A program made the position numbers and the translations under genes. The notes under the pieces are model-generated. The model was not told the origin of the DNA, did no database searches, and worked only from the letters and a program-made list of their open reading frames with translations. Of a stretch of 30,829 nt of DNA, positions 1 through 6,701 are shown one piece after another (position 1 is the first letter of the stretch; each line of letters begins with the position of its first letter). The stretch is from a virus (taxonomy: Duplodnaviria > Caudoviricetes), in the IMG/VR virus record IMGVR_UViG_3300020181_000026, positions 1 to 30,829 of that record. One strand, 5' to 3'.

Positions 1-1137
1 GTGTACCAGATGGATGTCCTGTTTGGTGTCCGCAACGGCTTCCTCACGGATGTGCGCGGGCGGGCCATCACGGTTGACGGTCTTGACCTGACACAGGTGG
101 TTCGTAAATCGGGCGACTTCGCCGACGCGTCACTGGGTGAGGCGTTGGAAAGTTCGGACGCTCTCAAGGTTGCGGCGCAGGGGTACACCGAGCATGCGGG
201 TACCCGTCAGGGCATCGCGTTCTGGCCCACGGTGCGGGTCGCGGAGTTGGCGGCGACGGAGTTCAGCCAGCAAAGCATCGCGTCCGCGGTCATCCTCGGC
301 GCCACCCCGCGAGAGGATCGCCACCTGATCTACAAGCGGTACCGGGAACGGGACATCCAGGTCATCCACTCGGTAGGCGTGCTGACTGAGGGGTTCGACA
401 TGCCTCAGGCCGAGGTTGCCCTCATGGGCCGGGCGACCTCCGTGCACGGTCTCTATGTGCAGATGGTGGGCCGGGTGCTGCGCCCCTTTCCGGGCAAGCG
501 CGAGGCCCTGGTCCTGGACATCACTGGTGTGACGGGCCGGTTCCCGCTGGCCAGTGTCGCTGACCTGTCTACGGAGAGTGTGCGCCCGAAGCCGGGGCAG
601 TCCCTCATGGAGGCGGAGGCGGAGGGTCGTCGGGAGAAGAAGGACAGGGGCAAGCTGTCCATTGCGGGTGACCGCGGGTTCGATGAGGTGAACCTGTTCC
701 ACCAGAGTCAGGGCGCGTGGCTGCAAACTCATAGCGGGGTGTGGTTCATTCAGACGAAGATGCGAACTGTCTTCCTGTGGCCTGATGACGAGGGCACCGC
801 CGCGTCCGAGACGGGTACGGAGAAGTGGAAGGTGGGTGTCACGCCCAGCAACTACAGCGCGCGGGGCGGTCAGTGGGTGCGTACGGGCCTGTCCTTGGAG
901 TACGCGCTTGCGGAGGCCGAGGAGTACGCCATGAAGATGGACGCCTCGATTGCCTCGCGTAAGTCGTCGTGGCGCCGTAAGGGTGTCCCTGCCAGTGAGG
1001 CGCAGAAGACTTACGCCCAGTCCCTCGGTATTGACGCCACGGCGATGACGAAGACGCAGGCGGCTGACGCTATCTCTGTCCACACCGCGTCGGTGATGTT
1101 GGACCCGAAAGGTGCCCCTAGGAAGGTAAACGCGTGA
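1..1137 (+). CDS. SF2 DEAD/DEAH-box helicase, C-terminal part (5'-truncated by window edge)
   Basis: Motif V SVGVLTEGFDMP and motif VI YVQMVGRVLRP, followed by ALVLDITG; motifs I-III are absent and would lie upstream of the window. Confidence 0.9.
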   Translation: MYQMDVLFGVRNGFLTDVRGRAITVDGLDLTQVVRKSGDFADASLGEALESSDALKVAAQGYTEHAGTRQGIAFWPTVRVAELAATEFSQQSIASAVILGATPREDRHLIYKRYRERDIQVIHSVGVLTEGFDMPQAEVALMGRATSVHGLYVQMVGRVLRPFPGKREALVLDITGVTGRFPLASVADLSTESVRPKPGQSLMEAEAEGRREKKDRGKLSIAGDRGFDEVNLFHQSQGAWLQTHSGVWFIQTKMRTVFLWPDDEGTAASETGTEKWKVGVTPSNYSARGGQWVRTGLSLEYALAEAEEYAMKMDASIASRKSSWRRKGVPASEAQKTYAQSLGIDATAMTKTQAADAISVHTASVMLDPKGAPRKVNA

Positions 1138-1455
1138 ACAACAATCCCATGAGAGAACTGACCCCGGACAACTACTTTGAGTTTTGCACAGCAGTTGGAC
1201 ATCAAGTGCTGATGTTCCTGGGGGGGTATGGGCGTCCTCGGACACAAGTCGGTTTCTGGGCACCTGGGCTACGTACACGTTCAGGATCCAGATCTACCCA
1301 CCATGGTTGCACTTGACTTGCTGCGCCATGCATCCAGGAGTTCCGGCGGGGATGAAGCATGGAACCGGCTGGAGAGCATCATCAGTTACTTGATTCCGCT
1401 TTCTCTGTCGATATCAACCGGGAAGACCATCCCGCAAGTACCTCTAGGAAGGTGA
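1134..1455 (+). pseudogene. Probable single ~106-aa gene split by a frameshift in a G7 run (ORFs 1134-1316 and 1228-1455)
   Basis: GTG start overlaps the helicase stop (GTGA). Removing one G from G7 at 1220-1226 fuses MNNNPMREL...VLMFLGG to MGVLGHKSV...VPLGR. Confidence 0.5.
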
Positions 1456-1459
1456 CGGT

Positions 1460-1510
1460 ATGACCGATGACCACGACTTCTGCATGAAGATCGGAGATGG
1501 CAAGAGATGA
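1460..1510 (+). CDS. 16-aa mini-ORF MTDDHDFCMKIGDGKR
   Basis: AGGAAGGT RBS-like sequence upstream; its TGA overlaps the ATG of the next gene (ATGA). Confidence 0.35.
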   Translation: MTDDHDFCMKIGDGKR

Positions 1511-1818
1511 TGCAGGGATCCGCTAACTACCCGAGAGGTAATCCGTCGATGCTGGAAAACCAGGCGGCACGGGTGCAGACGACCGTTACGGCGTTGCAGC
1601 AGGAGGTGAAGGATCTACGACAGGAGCTTGCGGCCATCCGCGCCCAGCTGGATGTTATGCGCCGCGCGCATATCGGATCGTCGTCGGACATTGGCCGCCT
1701 GTACGCAGAGGTGGCCAGCGTGCGCGGGGAAACCGCGAAGGTGGCCGCGCACGTTCGTTTCTCTGTGTTTTCGCCGGGAGGGTGCTCGCAGATCGAGTGC
1801 CCCGCTTGTCTGACATGA
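1507..1818 (+). CDS. Coiled-coil protein with C-terminal Cys cluster (CSQIECPAC)
   Basis: Heptad-rich LQQEVKDLRQELAAIRAQL; ATGA overlaps at both ends; alternative start at 1549. Confidence 0.7.
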   Translation: MMQGSANYPRGNPSMLENQAARVQTTVTALQQEVKDLRQELAAIRAQLDVMRRAHIGSSSDIGRLYAEVASVRGETAKVAAHVRFSVFSPGGCSQIECPACLT

Positions 1819-2009
1819 GGCGTGATCAGTGTTCGTACTGTGACAAGGTCAAGTTCCGGACGTATCCCTTGGCCCTGTCGGCGGCATTGTCGTTTTCCAA
1901 GAGGTTCAGTACGCCGTATCGGATCTACCCCTGCCCGCGTGGCAGGGGTTTCCACTTGACCACGCAGCGGCGTAAGGATCATGAGGAAGGGGCTATACAC
2001 GAAACATGA
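1815..2009 (+). CDS. Small zinc-finger-like phage protein
   Basis: CSYC...KVKF...YPCPRGRGFHLT pattern, typical of small actinophage Cys/His proteins; ATGA overlap with the upstream gene. Confidence 0.75.
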   Translation: MRRDQCSYCDKVKFRTYPLALSAALSFSKRFSTPYRIYPCPRGRGFHLTTQRRKDHEEGAIHET

Positions 2010-2030
2010 TTTCGTGTAGCGTCCCTTCCA
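1996..2030 (+). promoter_or_regulatory. Operator-like inverted repeat overlapping a -10 element, upstream of a probably leaderless gene
   Basis: TACACGAAA-catga-TTTCGTGTA (1996-2018, perfect 9-bp arms); TAGCGT at 2017-2022; ATG at 2030 lies 7 nt later with no RBS. Confidence 0.55.
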
Positions 2031-2290
2031 TGACAACACAGATGCACCGCAACGAGGTCACCTACGTCGGCATGCCGAACCCCCCAGCGAGAGTCGCCGC
2101 CTTTCAGTCCTCACCCCAGCAGGGCGTCATCCCGGCCCTCTACGTCGTAGAGGTATCCCGCGCGTGTACACCTGCGTACCCCGTGACCCACGAGTTCGGC
2201 GACACCAGGGAACAGGCAATCACCAAGTTGACGTCCCTGATTGAGCAGGCAAAGGCAGCGCTCGCGGAACTGTACGAAGCGCGGGACTGA
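2030..2290 (+). CDS. Hypothetical protein (86 aa)
   Basis: ORF MTTQMHRNEV...; amphipathic C-terminal helix; GC3-rich codons. Confidence 0.7.
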   Translation: MTTQMHRNEVTYVGMPNPPARVAAFQSSPQQGVIPALYVVEVSRACTPAYPVTHEFGDTREQAITKLTSLIEQAKAALAELYEARD

Positions 2291-2294
2291 CCTC

Positions 2295-2522
2295 ATGCCC
2301 GCACCGAAGAATCCGAACGTTGGTCCGGCCAACGCGGCTCGCGCCGAGAGGGCGAACCGCAAGGCTGCCAGCAAGCTCACCGAGCGAGGGTGGTTATGCC
2401 TCAATCCAACGGGCGTGGAAGTCCTCACCGACGCACTCAAGTACCTCAGTCACCGAGAGTTGACATCGTTCCTGACAGGTCTCCTGCAGGATCTTCAATC
2501 GCCAGAAAGGCACAAACCATGA
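2295..2522 (+). CDS. Hypothetical protein (75 aa)
   Basis: ATG 5 nt after the previous stop; ATGA overlap with the next gene. Confidence 0.7.
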   Translation: MPAPKNPNVGPANAARAERANRKAASKLTERGWLCLNPTGVEVLTDALKYLSHRELTSFLTGLLQDLQSPERHKP

Positions 2523-2725
2523 ACCAGATCTACGCCGCTATCCGTTCGCAGTTCACCAACGAGCAGGACGCGCGCAACAGTTTCGACATCCCTGCCGAAG
2601 AGGTCCCGATGTTCCGGGGGTTCTGGTTTATCAACTCCCCGTACGGATCCAACCCGTGCTACGTGTTCGCCGATGAGTCGGTGGACCTGGCGGCCGAGGG
2701 GTGGACGGAAGTGACAGAGCAGTGA
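2519..2725 (+). CDS. Hypothetical protein (68 aa)
   Basis: GAAAGG RBS; ATGA overlap; MNQIYAAIRSQF... Confidence 0.75.
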   Translation: MNQIYAAIRSQFTNEQDARNSFDIPAEEVPMFRGFWFINSPYGSNPCYVFADESVDLAAEGWTEVTEQ

Positions 2726-2970
2726 TGACCATTGAGGTGACGTACCCGGAGAGGGACATCACGGAGTCGTGGGCATCCGCCAACCCGGACGCAGCTATCC
2801 GGGCGGCGATGGAATGGGTTCGCTCGGGATGGGGCGACGACCAGGAGGTCAACGAGTACTACGAACAGATGGAGCAGTGGCTCGCCCAAGGTCACCCCTC
2901 CGTACTGAAGACCGTACGCAACCCCGATGGGGATCTGGAGGTCTGGAGAGTGGTGGAAACTGATGGGTGA
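2722..2970 (+). CDS. Hypothetical acidic protein
   Basis: GTGATG start overlapping the previous stop; (M)MTIEVTYPERD... Confidence 0.7.
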   Translation: MMTIEVTYPERDITESWASANPDAAIRAAMEWVRSGWGDDQEVNEYYEQMEQWLAQGHPSVLKTVRNPDGDLEVWRVVETDG

Positions 2971-3217
2971 TTATGACCGGTTCATCAACGTCCGACCCCG
3001 CCGACGCATCAGCCTCGAGGAGTTCGACGCGCTCTGTGCCCAGTACGCCGGAAGGACGATAGATCCCGAGGATATCAAGGTGGGATCCCGGATCCTGTTT
3101 TCTGACTCCTCCGGCGCGGTGCTGCTAGGGGTGGATTCCGTCGAGCGCCACGCAGACGGAAGTATGACCGTTCAGGCGTTCGCATACGAGATCGAGGAAG
3201 GTGAAGAAACCCCTTGA
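2963..3217 (+). CDS. Hypothetical protein (84 aa)
   Basis: ATG overlapping the previous gene end, GGTGG RBS-like sequence; MGDYDRFINV... Confidence 0.7.
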   Translation: MGDYDRFINVRPRRRISLEEFDALCAQYAGRTIDPEDIKVGSRILFSDSSGAVLLGVDSVERHADGSMTVQAFAYEIEEGEETP

Positions 3218-3516
3218 CACCTGAAATCGCCGACGTACCCCCGTGGATGTGGGACGTCCTGTTTGACCTGATTGACCAGCGCGATACGCACCCTAAGGCG
3301 GGGCCTCACGAATGGTGTGCATGCGATGCACTTGCGAAGGTCCCGAGGGAAGTAGTCAAACAGGCTGAGGCTATTAACGCGCTAGCGCATAGGTTTCGGA
3401 CGCGCATGGGTCAGCAGGAGTCGGAGAGTGCCGAATGATCCGCGCCTGGTTCGCGCGTCGGCTTGGCCAGGGTGTTTCGGTACGAGATCGAGGAAGGTGA
3501 TGAAACCCCATGACAC
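3185..3516 (+). repeat. 36-bp direct repeat (3185-3220 and 3481-3516), 2 mismatches
   Basis: TACGAGATCGAGGAAGGTGA(A/T)GAAACCCC(T/A)TGACAC; each copy contains the RBS and start codon of a different gene. Confidence 0.85.
3214..3438 (+). CDS. Hypothetical protein (74 aa)
   Basis: TTG start overlapping the previous stop; RBS lies within the repeat. Confidence 0.65.
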   Translation: MTPEIADVPPWMWDVLFDLIDQRDTHPKAGPHEWCACDALAKVPREVVKQAEAINALAHRFRTRMGQQESESAE

Positions 3517-3728
3517 AGAAAGCCGTAGTCATCCTGTTCAAACCGAGCGGTAAGTACTACACGACCGAGGAGTGGACAGTCCCGGACAACTGCCTGGCAC
3601 CGGTCGACATGCTTCACTCCCCCGACTTCCGCCGGATCTCCGGAGGTCCGGTTCTCATCCCCGAACAGGCTCCGTGGGGGTATCCGCACCTGTTCCCGAA
3701 CATCCTCCTCAAGTGGAACGCAGCATGA
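3510..3728 (+). CDS. Hypothetical protein (72 aa)
   Basis: RBS in the second repeat copy; LFKPSGKYYT...GYPHL; ATGA overlap with the exonuclease. Confidence 0.75.
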   Translation: MTQKAVVILFKPSGKYYTTEEWTVPDNCLAPVDMLHSPDFRRISGGPVLIPEQAPWGYPHLFPNILLKWNAA

Positions 3729-4816
3729 CCAACAGCGACCCGTTCGAGTCAGCCGTCGGCAAGCCCGTGACGGGCAAGCTGGACGAGGAAGGCATCGAGC
3801 GCGACGGGTGGGGCCGGTACCTCATCCCGCATCCGAAGACGGGGAAGAAGACGGCGTGGACCAGGGTGACGACGTTCGCCAAGTCCGCATCTGACACGTA
3901 CGCCCTGGGCCAGTGGGGCAAACGTATGGCAGTCAAGGGCTTGTCCCAGCGGCAGGACCTTATTCTCGCCGCCGCGGCGTGTGATCCGGAGCGGGACAAG
4001 GATCGGTTGAACAGCATCGCCGAAGAAGCGTCGAACGCCGCAGCCGCACGGGCGGGTAGCAACCTCGGTACCGCGCTGCATTCCTTCTCCGAAGCCGTTG
4101 ACCGCGGCGAGACCCCGTACATCCCCCCACCGTGGGACGCGGCGATGGACGCCTACCGCAAGGCCCTGGCCGACGCGGGACTCAAGCCCCGCGCGGAGTG
4201 GATGGAACAGATCATTGTCAACCTGATGTACGGGGTTGCCGGAAAGTACGACCGAATCTTTGAGGTCACCAAGCCCATATCCATGAAACTCGGGGGTATG
4301 CAATGCCGCCTCTCTCCTGGCCATTTGGTCATCGGGGACCTCAAGACGGGTAAGGATCTCCAATACGGCTGGGGCGAGATTGCCGTGCAGGAGTACCTGT
4401 ACGCCTCCGCCGCAACGGTGTGGGACAGGAGCGCGCGCAAGCATCTGCCCATGCCGGAGGTCCGCCGGGACGTTGCCGTGGTCGTGCACCTTCCTGCCAA
4501 CGATCAGGTATCCGGCGGCAAGGCAACGATCCACTTCGTCGACCTGGCGATCGGTGCTGATGGCGCCAATATCGCTGCTGATGTGCGGGAGTGGCGCAAG
4601 ATGCGCGGCATCGCCACACCTCTGTCGTCGGCCACGGTTGGTGAGGTTGACCCCACCCCGCCGTGGTCGACACCGGTGACGACGTGGGCTGAACAGATCT
4701 CCGCGTGCACCACTGAGGCTGAGGTGCGCAACGTTGCTCAACAGTGCTTTGCCGCTGGTGAGTGGACTCCTGAGCTAAAAGACCTAGGACTCAGGAAACT
4801 TGCTGAGTTTTCCTAG
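3725..4816 (+). CDS. PD-(D/E)XK family (RecE/Cas4-like) exonuclease
   Basis: RDGWGRY...TRVTT, GTALH, AGKYDRIF, IGDLKTGK and IAVQEYLYA motifs; start ATG 3725 (MTNSDPF). Confidence 0.85.
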   Translation: MTNSDPFESAVGKPVTGKLDEEGIERDGWGRYLIPHPKTGKKTAWTRVTTFAKSASDTYALGQWGKRMAVKGLSQRQDLILAAAACDPERDKDRLNSIAEEASNAAAARAGSNLGTALHSFSEAVDRGETPYIPPPWDAAMDAYRKALADAGLKPRAEWMEQIIVNLMYGVAGKYDRIFEVTKPISMKLGGMQCRLSPGHLVIGDLKTGKDLQYGWGEIAVQEYLYASAATVWDRSARKHLPMPEVRRDVAVVVHLPANDQVSGGKATIHFVDLAIGADGANIAADVREWRKMRGIATPLSSATVGEVDPTPPWSTPVTTWAEQISACTTEAEVRNVAQQCFAAGEWTPELKDLGLRKLAEFS

Positions 4817-4827
4817 AAGTTCGGCAC

Positions 4828-4855
4828 TTGCGCACAGAGTTCAGTCGTGTATTCT
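4828..4855 (+). promoter_or_regulatory. Putative housekeeping-sigma promoter
   Basis: TTGCGC-N16-TATTCT immediately after the exonuclease stop, in an AT-richer intergenic stretch. Confidence 0.5.
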
Positions 4856-4859
4856 GATT

Positions 4860-5137
4860 TCACCACCAAGCAAGACGGAAACCACCAAGTTTCGTCAAGT
4901 TCCTTGAGAATTTCACAGGGCATCACTGGTTCCGGGTTCCCCTGTCACATGTCGTGTCGTTCGGGTGGGCCGTCGAGCGACATGGAGAGTGCCCGGGACA
5001 ACCGGGATGGGTTCCGGTGCTAGCTCCCTTTGGTGGAGGTTGAGCGGCATCGGGCCCATCCCAACAACAGACTTTCGGCTACTGCCGAGAGGAACAGAAG
5101 AGAACACGAACACGAACATGAACAGGAAGAGGTAAGG
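4860..5137 (+). ncRNA. Structured 5' leader or ncRNA upstream of the putative SSB gene
   Basis: Stems ACAGGG/CCCTGT (4915-4945), CATGTCG/CGACATG (4948-4984), long hairpin 5004-5062 and TCGGC/GCCGA (5075-5088), then five GAACA units (5092-5125). Confidence 0.5.
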
Positions 5138-5563
5138 ATGTCCAACGACCCGTTCGCCCGTAGCTCCGGCGGAAGCCAACTTCGCGGCTACGCCGGACAA
5201 ACCGCGCTGATAACTCCACTGGAGTTTGCCCCGGGTGCGATCACTAGCCCCCGTGGCCCGGTTGATGGGGTGCGAGCCAACGTTGTGTTCTTCGACATGG
5301 AAAGTCCAAACCCCGTAGAGAACGCGACGGTGGTTGACGGAATGCTCATTCTGAACGGGCCCGTAGTCAGCGAGCTTAACTTGATCCTTGCCCAAAAGGG
5401 CAAGCCCGGTGCCAAGACCATGCAGTTGGGCAAGGTCAAGGAGAAGCCCAACACCAAGGGTGGCGACAAGCCGATTGTCGTTCTGGACGGGCCTGACGAT
5501 AAGGACGTGGAAGTCGCACGCGCGTATCTCGCCAGCATCAAACCCGAAGACCCGTTCGCCTGA
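5138..5563 (+). CDS. Putative single-stranded DNA-binding protein (141 aa)
   Basis: GAGGTAAGG RBS; beta-rich sequence; follows the exonuclease; ends in EDPFA, resembling the acidic-PF tails of SSBs. Function is inferred. Confidence 0.5.
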   Translation: MSNDPFARSSGGSQLRGYAGQTALITPLEFAPGAITSPRGPVDGVRANVVFFDMESPNPVENATVVDGMLILNGPVVSELNLILAQKGKPGAKTMQLGKVKEKPNTKGGDKPIVVLDGPDDKDVEVARAYLASIKPEDPFA

Positions 5564-5588
5564 GTCGGCACCTCGTAGGCGGACGTAC

Positions 5589-5745
5589 TCCCGGCCGAAT
5601 GATCCTTCGGCCTGCGGACGGGATTGGCCCACCCGTGGGAGAAACGGGCCACTAGGAGGAGGACGGAGCCTGTCGGCTTCGAAATGGATCTGCGGTAGCG
5701 CCGTACGCATCACCACTACCGTAGATAAAACGGCAGGCTCCGCCC
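5589..5745 (+). ncRNA. Structured intergenic RNA of unknown family
   Basis: GGCCGAA/TTCGGCC (5593-5612), TGGCCC/GGGCCA (5625-5651), and a 12-bp stem 5664-5675/5731-5742 enclosing an 11-bp stem 5688-5698/5716-5726, each long stem with one G-U pair on the + strand. Confidence 0.55.
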
Positions 5746-5791
5746 AACCGTCATGATCATAGGTAACGTCACGCCACACTGAGGAGTACCC

Positions 5792-6097
5792 ATGCTGACA
5801 AGGGCGTCCCTTCAAGGACAGCTTGACACCCTGGACAAGCGCATCGAGCGGCGCACTGCGCGGCTTGAGAAGAACGAGGCGCGGCTCCGGGAGATCCGGG
5901 AGAAGCAGGCGCAGCGCCTGAACACTCTCGCCGAGTTGATCCGCACGGAACAGGCTGATCTGGAGAAGGACATCCGCAGCCGCGACTGGCTGCGCAGCTC
6001 GCCGGTTGCAGACGAGCAGAACGACGACAGTGACACCAGTGCTGACGGTTTCGCCGAGGCTAAGCAGGACGCGCCGGGGTGGCAACCCCCGCAGTAA
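5792..6097 (+). CDS. Coiled-coil protein with acidic tail (101 aa)
   Basis: GAGGAG RBS; long heptad repeat followed by a D/E-rich C-terminus. Confidence 0.8.
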   Translation: MLTRASLQGQLDTLDKRIERRTARLEKNEARLREIREKQAQRLNTLAELIRTEQADLEKDIRSRDWLRSSPVADEQNDDSDTSADGFAEAKQDAPGWQPPQ

Positions 6098-6121
6098 GTG
6101 AGGCAGTCCTGTAGAAAGGCC

Positions 6122-6182
6122 CGTGGGGACGGGAAAAGTCCTCCCCGGTTCCTACCGATGGGAACCGGGGAGGCGCCCCACG
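6122..6182 (+). ncRNA. Nested hairpin abutting the tRNA-like RNA (possible terminator or processed RNA)
   Basis: Perfect 13-bp stem CCTCCCCGGTTCC/GGAACCGGGGAGG (6140-6173) inside a 7-bp stem CGTGGGG/CCCCACG (6122-6128/6176-6182). Confidence 0.55.
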
Positions 6183-6271
6183 AGGGGGTAGCTCAACGGC
6201 AGAGCATGTGTCCGGCCCCTGTCCGCTGCTCATTCGGACACGAGGTGCAGGTTCGACTCCTGCCCCCCTCA
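6182..6271 (+). tRNA. tRNA-like RNA with non-canonical, enlarged anticodon arm (no assignable anticodon)
   Basis: Acceptor GAGGGGG/CCCCCTC with discriminator A; U8A9; D-arm GCTC-AACGGCA-GAGC; variable loop AGGT; T-arm GCAGG-TTCGACT-CCTGC. The anticodon arm is a 9-bp stem with an 18-nt loop. No encoded CCA (reads CCG). Confidence 0.8.
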
Positions 6272-6308
6272 CCGCTCATTCACCACCGACCACCAGAAAG
6301 GCATAGTC

Positions 6309-6701
6309 ATGGACAACGTTGTATTCGGTTTGGGGTTCGCGGCGGAACAAACGCTCAACCTCTTGCGTGACAAGCTCTGGAACGTCATCCCTGTCCTGCT
6401 GGTGCTGGCTATCGTGGCCAGTGTGACCACCGGTAGCACCGCTTTCCTCGTCATCGCCACGGCAACAGCCGTCATCTGGGGACTACTCAGCCGGAGCAAG
6501 GCCACCCATGCGGCCAGGACGGCAGAGTTCACCCGACGTCGCGTGGAGGCCATGCGCCAGGAACGCGAACGCCAAGACGCCATCCTGCGAGAAGCAGCCG
6601 AGAAGGCCATCGCGGACGGGGCGCTCACCCGGCAGGACTTCCTGACACTGCGCGACAAGATGCAGTTCCAGAGCTTCAATACGGTGTGGGGCACGCGGTG
6701 A
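6309..6701 (+). CDS. Membrane protein (2 predicted TM helices plus charged helical tail)
   Basis: GAAAGG RBS; hydrophobic VIPVLLVLAIVASV and FLVIATATAVIWGLL segments. Confidence 0.8.
   Translation: MDNVVFGLGFAAEQTLNLLRDKLWNVIPVLLVLAIVASVTTGSTAFLVIATATAVIWGLLSRSKATHAARTAEFTRRRVEAMRQERERQDAILREAAEKAIADGALTRQDFLTLRDKMQFQSFNTVWGTR

Noticed and set aside
3725-4816. Cas4 as part of a CRISPR system
   Set aside because: Stand-alone phage PD-(D/E)XK nuclease without the four-Cys Fe-S cluster pattern or other cas genes.
5540-5582. CCCGAA...ACCTCGTAGGCG resembling the 3' end of a c-di-AMP (ydaO) riboswitch
   Set aside because: The 5' and central conserved elements are missing and the match overlaps coding sequence.
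130-6085. Long minus-strand ORFs (130-1278, 3749-4741, 4913-6085)
   Set aside because: Antisense shadows of real genes in high-GC DNA; no recognisable motifs or RBS.
6182-6271. Ordinary tRNA-Met(CAT), intron-containing tRNA, tmRNA or attP remnant
   Set aside because: CAT is not in a 7-nt loop on a 5-bp stem, and simple excision gives no U33/purine-37 loop. There is no G3-U70 pair or tag ORF. Both halves are intact and no integrase is nearby.
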